From Anaerovoracaceae bacterium (GTDB lineage Bacteria > Bacillota > Clostridia > Peptostreptococcales > Anaerovoracaceae): a stretch of DNA of 24,000 nucleotides. Below are positions 22,685-24,000 of this stretch, in pieces. The translations under genes and the position numbers were made by a program. Within the stretch, counting starts at the first letter, position 1. Each line of letters starts with the position of its first letter. Location: assembly GCA_045642565.1 (NCBI GenBank), contig JAZUJE010000008.1, positions 38,223 to 62,222 on the forward strand, written 5' to 3'. The notes beneath the pieces are model-generated. The model was given only the letters and a program-made list of their open reading frames with translations. It ran no database searches and was not told the DNA's origin.

Positions 22685-24000
22685 TTATTTTGCTTTTTTC
22701 TTCTTATCCAATGTGTAAAGAACAATTGTAGCAAGAAGGATTAAGAAAGCAACAGCTCCGCCGATATTGCCAAGATTAATTTTGCTGCTTAAGTCGATTA
22801 TATTCCCAAGGGAACGCCCGTTAATATCGATTACAGCTAATACTGCAAGCCCGATACCAACAATACCTTCTCCTGCTATAAGTCCTGATGTATATAGTAT
22901 TCCAGATTGAACTGTACTATCTTTCTCTTCATCAGAATTATATTTACGTTTTTCTACAAAGTAACGGATAAGTCCACCTGCTAAAATTCCTGCATTAATA
23001 TGAATAGGAAGGTAAATTCCCATAGCAATTGTAAGTACAGGAAGCTTAAGAATTTCAAATGTAATGGCAAGAAATACACCCATAATTACAAGTGCCCAAG
23101 GAAGTTTTCCACCCATAACACCTTCTATTACCATTTTCATCATTGTTGCTTGAGGTGCAGAAATTTCCTGCGAGCCAAAGCCCCATGCTTCATTAAGTAA
23201 TGTAATAATTGCTCCAATAGAAATAGCGGCAGCTACAGCTCCGATTATTTCACCATACTGTTGTTTCTTTGGTGTCGCGCCTACTAAAAATCCTGTCTTT
23301 AAGTCTTGTGACATATCTGCAGCCATAGTTGTTATAAGGCAGATGACACATCCGATGGAAAGTGCACTAACCATACTTGCGTTTTGTGATGTTCCTGTAG
23401 CTTTAATAATTACTGATGTAATCAGCAATGTTGCTATTGTCATGCCTGATGCAGGGTTATTTGATGATCCGACAATTCCAACAATTCGTGCTGCTACAGT
23501 CGCGAAGAAGAATCCGAAAATAAGGATGATTAAGCTTCCTAAAAGATTTGTCTTAATACCAGGATATAAACCAATAAAGAGACAAATTAAAACTGCAGCG
23601 ATAAATGATACCTTTTGAGGAATTTCTTGTTCTGTACGGGCAACTGCAACGCTATTTTTTTTATAGCCTTTAAAAGCGGCTTTAAATGTGGAAAATATCA
23701 TTGGCATATTCTTAATTAAAGAAATGATTCCTCCTGTAGCAAGAGCTCCTGCTCCAATATAACGAAGGTAATTGCTCCAGATTCCGGAAACTCCGGATTC
23801 TTCAAATACTTCTGCGATAGTAGTAGTTGCAGGGAAAATTACTATGTCGCTACCAAAGAGCATCATTAAAGGCATTAATACAAACCATCCTAAAATGCTT
23901 CCTGCAAACATATATGATGCTGTTTGTGGTCCGCAAATATAACCTACGCCTGCTAATGCCGGAAGGACATCAACACCAAATGCAGAGCCTTTAAATTTAT
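22685..24000 (-). CDS. OPT-family oligopeptide transporter, N-terminus beyond the window
   Basis: The track starts at M 23911. The frame stays open to base 24000 (...KFKGSAFGVDVLPALAGVGYICGPQTASYMFAGSILGW...), which continues OPT-like sequence. The protein is polytopic and Gly-rich, and the visible part is shorter than typical OPT proteins. Confidence 0.85.
   Translation of the reverse strand, partial: KFKGSAFGVDVLPALAGVGYICGPQTASYMFAGSILGWFVLMPLMMLFGSDIVIFPATTTIAEVFEESGVSGIWSNYLRYIGAGALATGGIISLIKNMPMIFSTFKAAFKGYKKNSVAVARTEQEIPQKVSFIAAVLICLFIGLYPGIKTNLLGSLIILIFGFFFATVAARIVGIVGSSNNPASGMTIATLLITSVIIKATGTSQNASMVSALSIGCVICLITTMAADMSQDLKTGFLVGATPKKQQYGEIIGAVAAAISIGAIITLLNEAWGFGSQEISAPQATMMKMVIEGVMGGKLPWALVIMGVFLAITFEILKLPVLTIAMGIYLPIHINAGILAGGLIRYFVEKRKYNSDEEKDSTVQSGILYTSGLIAGEGIVGIGLAVLAVIDINGRSLGNIIDLSSKINLGNIGGAVAFLILLATIVLYTLDKKKKAK

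Noticed and set aside
1-24000. Looked for CRISPR arrays, rRNA, intact tRNAs, integrase/transposase genes and IS-type terminal inverted repeats
   Set aside because: None found. The only regularly spaced repeats are the short iteron-like array and protein-coding domain repeats inside the 1402-aa gene. The only tRNA-like sequence is the truncated tRNA-fMet 3' fragment.

Overview
Low-GC, Firmicutes/Clostridia-like chromosomal segment (taxon is inference from composition and gene content).

Layout: the window splits at a 45-nt 3' fragment of an initiator tRNA-Met (12468-12512, att-like), which is followed by the tRNA's own terminator.

Left of the fragment (1-12512) is a mosaic accessory/defence island:
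- (i) A tightly coupled minus-strand operon: XRE regulator, PD-(D/E)XK nuclease with a DUF5655-like C-terminus, an RnlA/LsoA-like HEPN protein, and an RNase H1::RnlA-like HEPN fusion that runs off the left edge and is absent from the ORF track.
- (ii) A visibly GC-richer scrap with a small mobile-element-type gene, a strong terminator and an iteron-like array.
- (iii) An AAA_14/DUF4143 ATPase.
- (iv) An Abi/UG-type defence reverse transcriptase followed by a small Rx4H (HEPN-like) protein.
- (v) A MarR / amidoligase-like / DUF1538 permease / 2x PII-like cassette, bracketed by 28-nt direct repeats.

Right of the fragment is ordinary cargo: a secreted beta-helix protein, a PL8 polysaccharide lyase, sstT, a 1402-aa MBG/Ig-repeat surface protein, a PqqD-like protein and a partial OPT transporter.

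No CRISPR array, rRNA, intact tRNA, integrase or transposase was seen.

Best candidates for an undescribed system are the RNase H1-RnlA-like four-gene operon and the RT + HEPN pair. All family assignments come from motif recognition by eye, without database searches.
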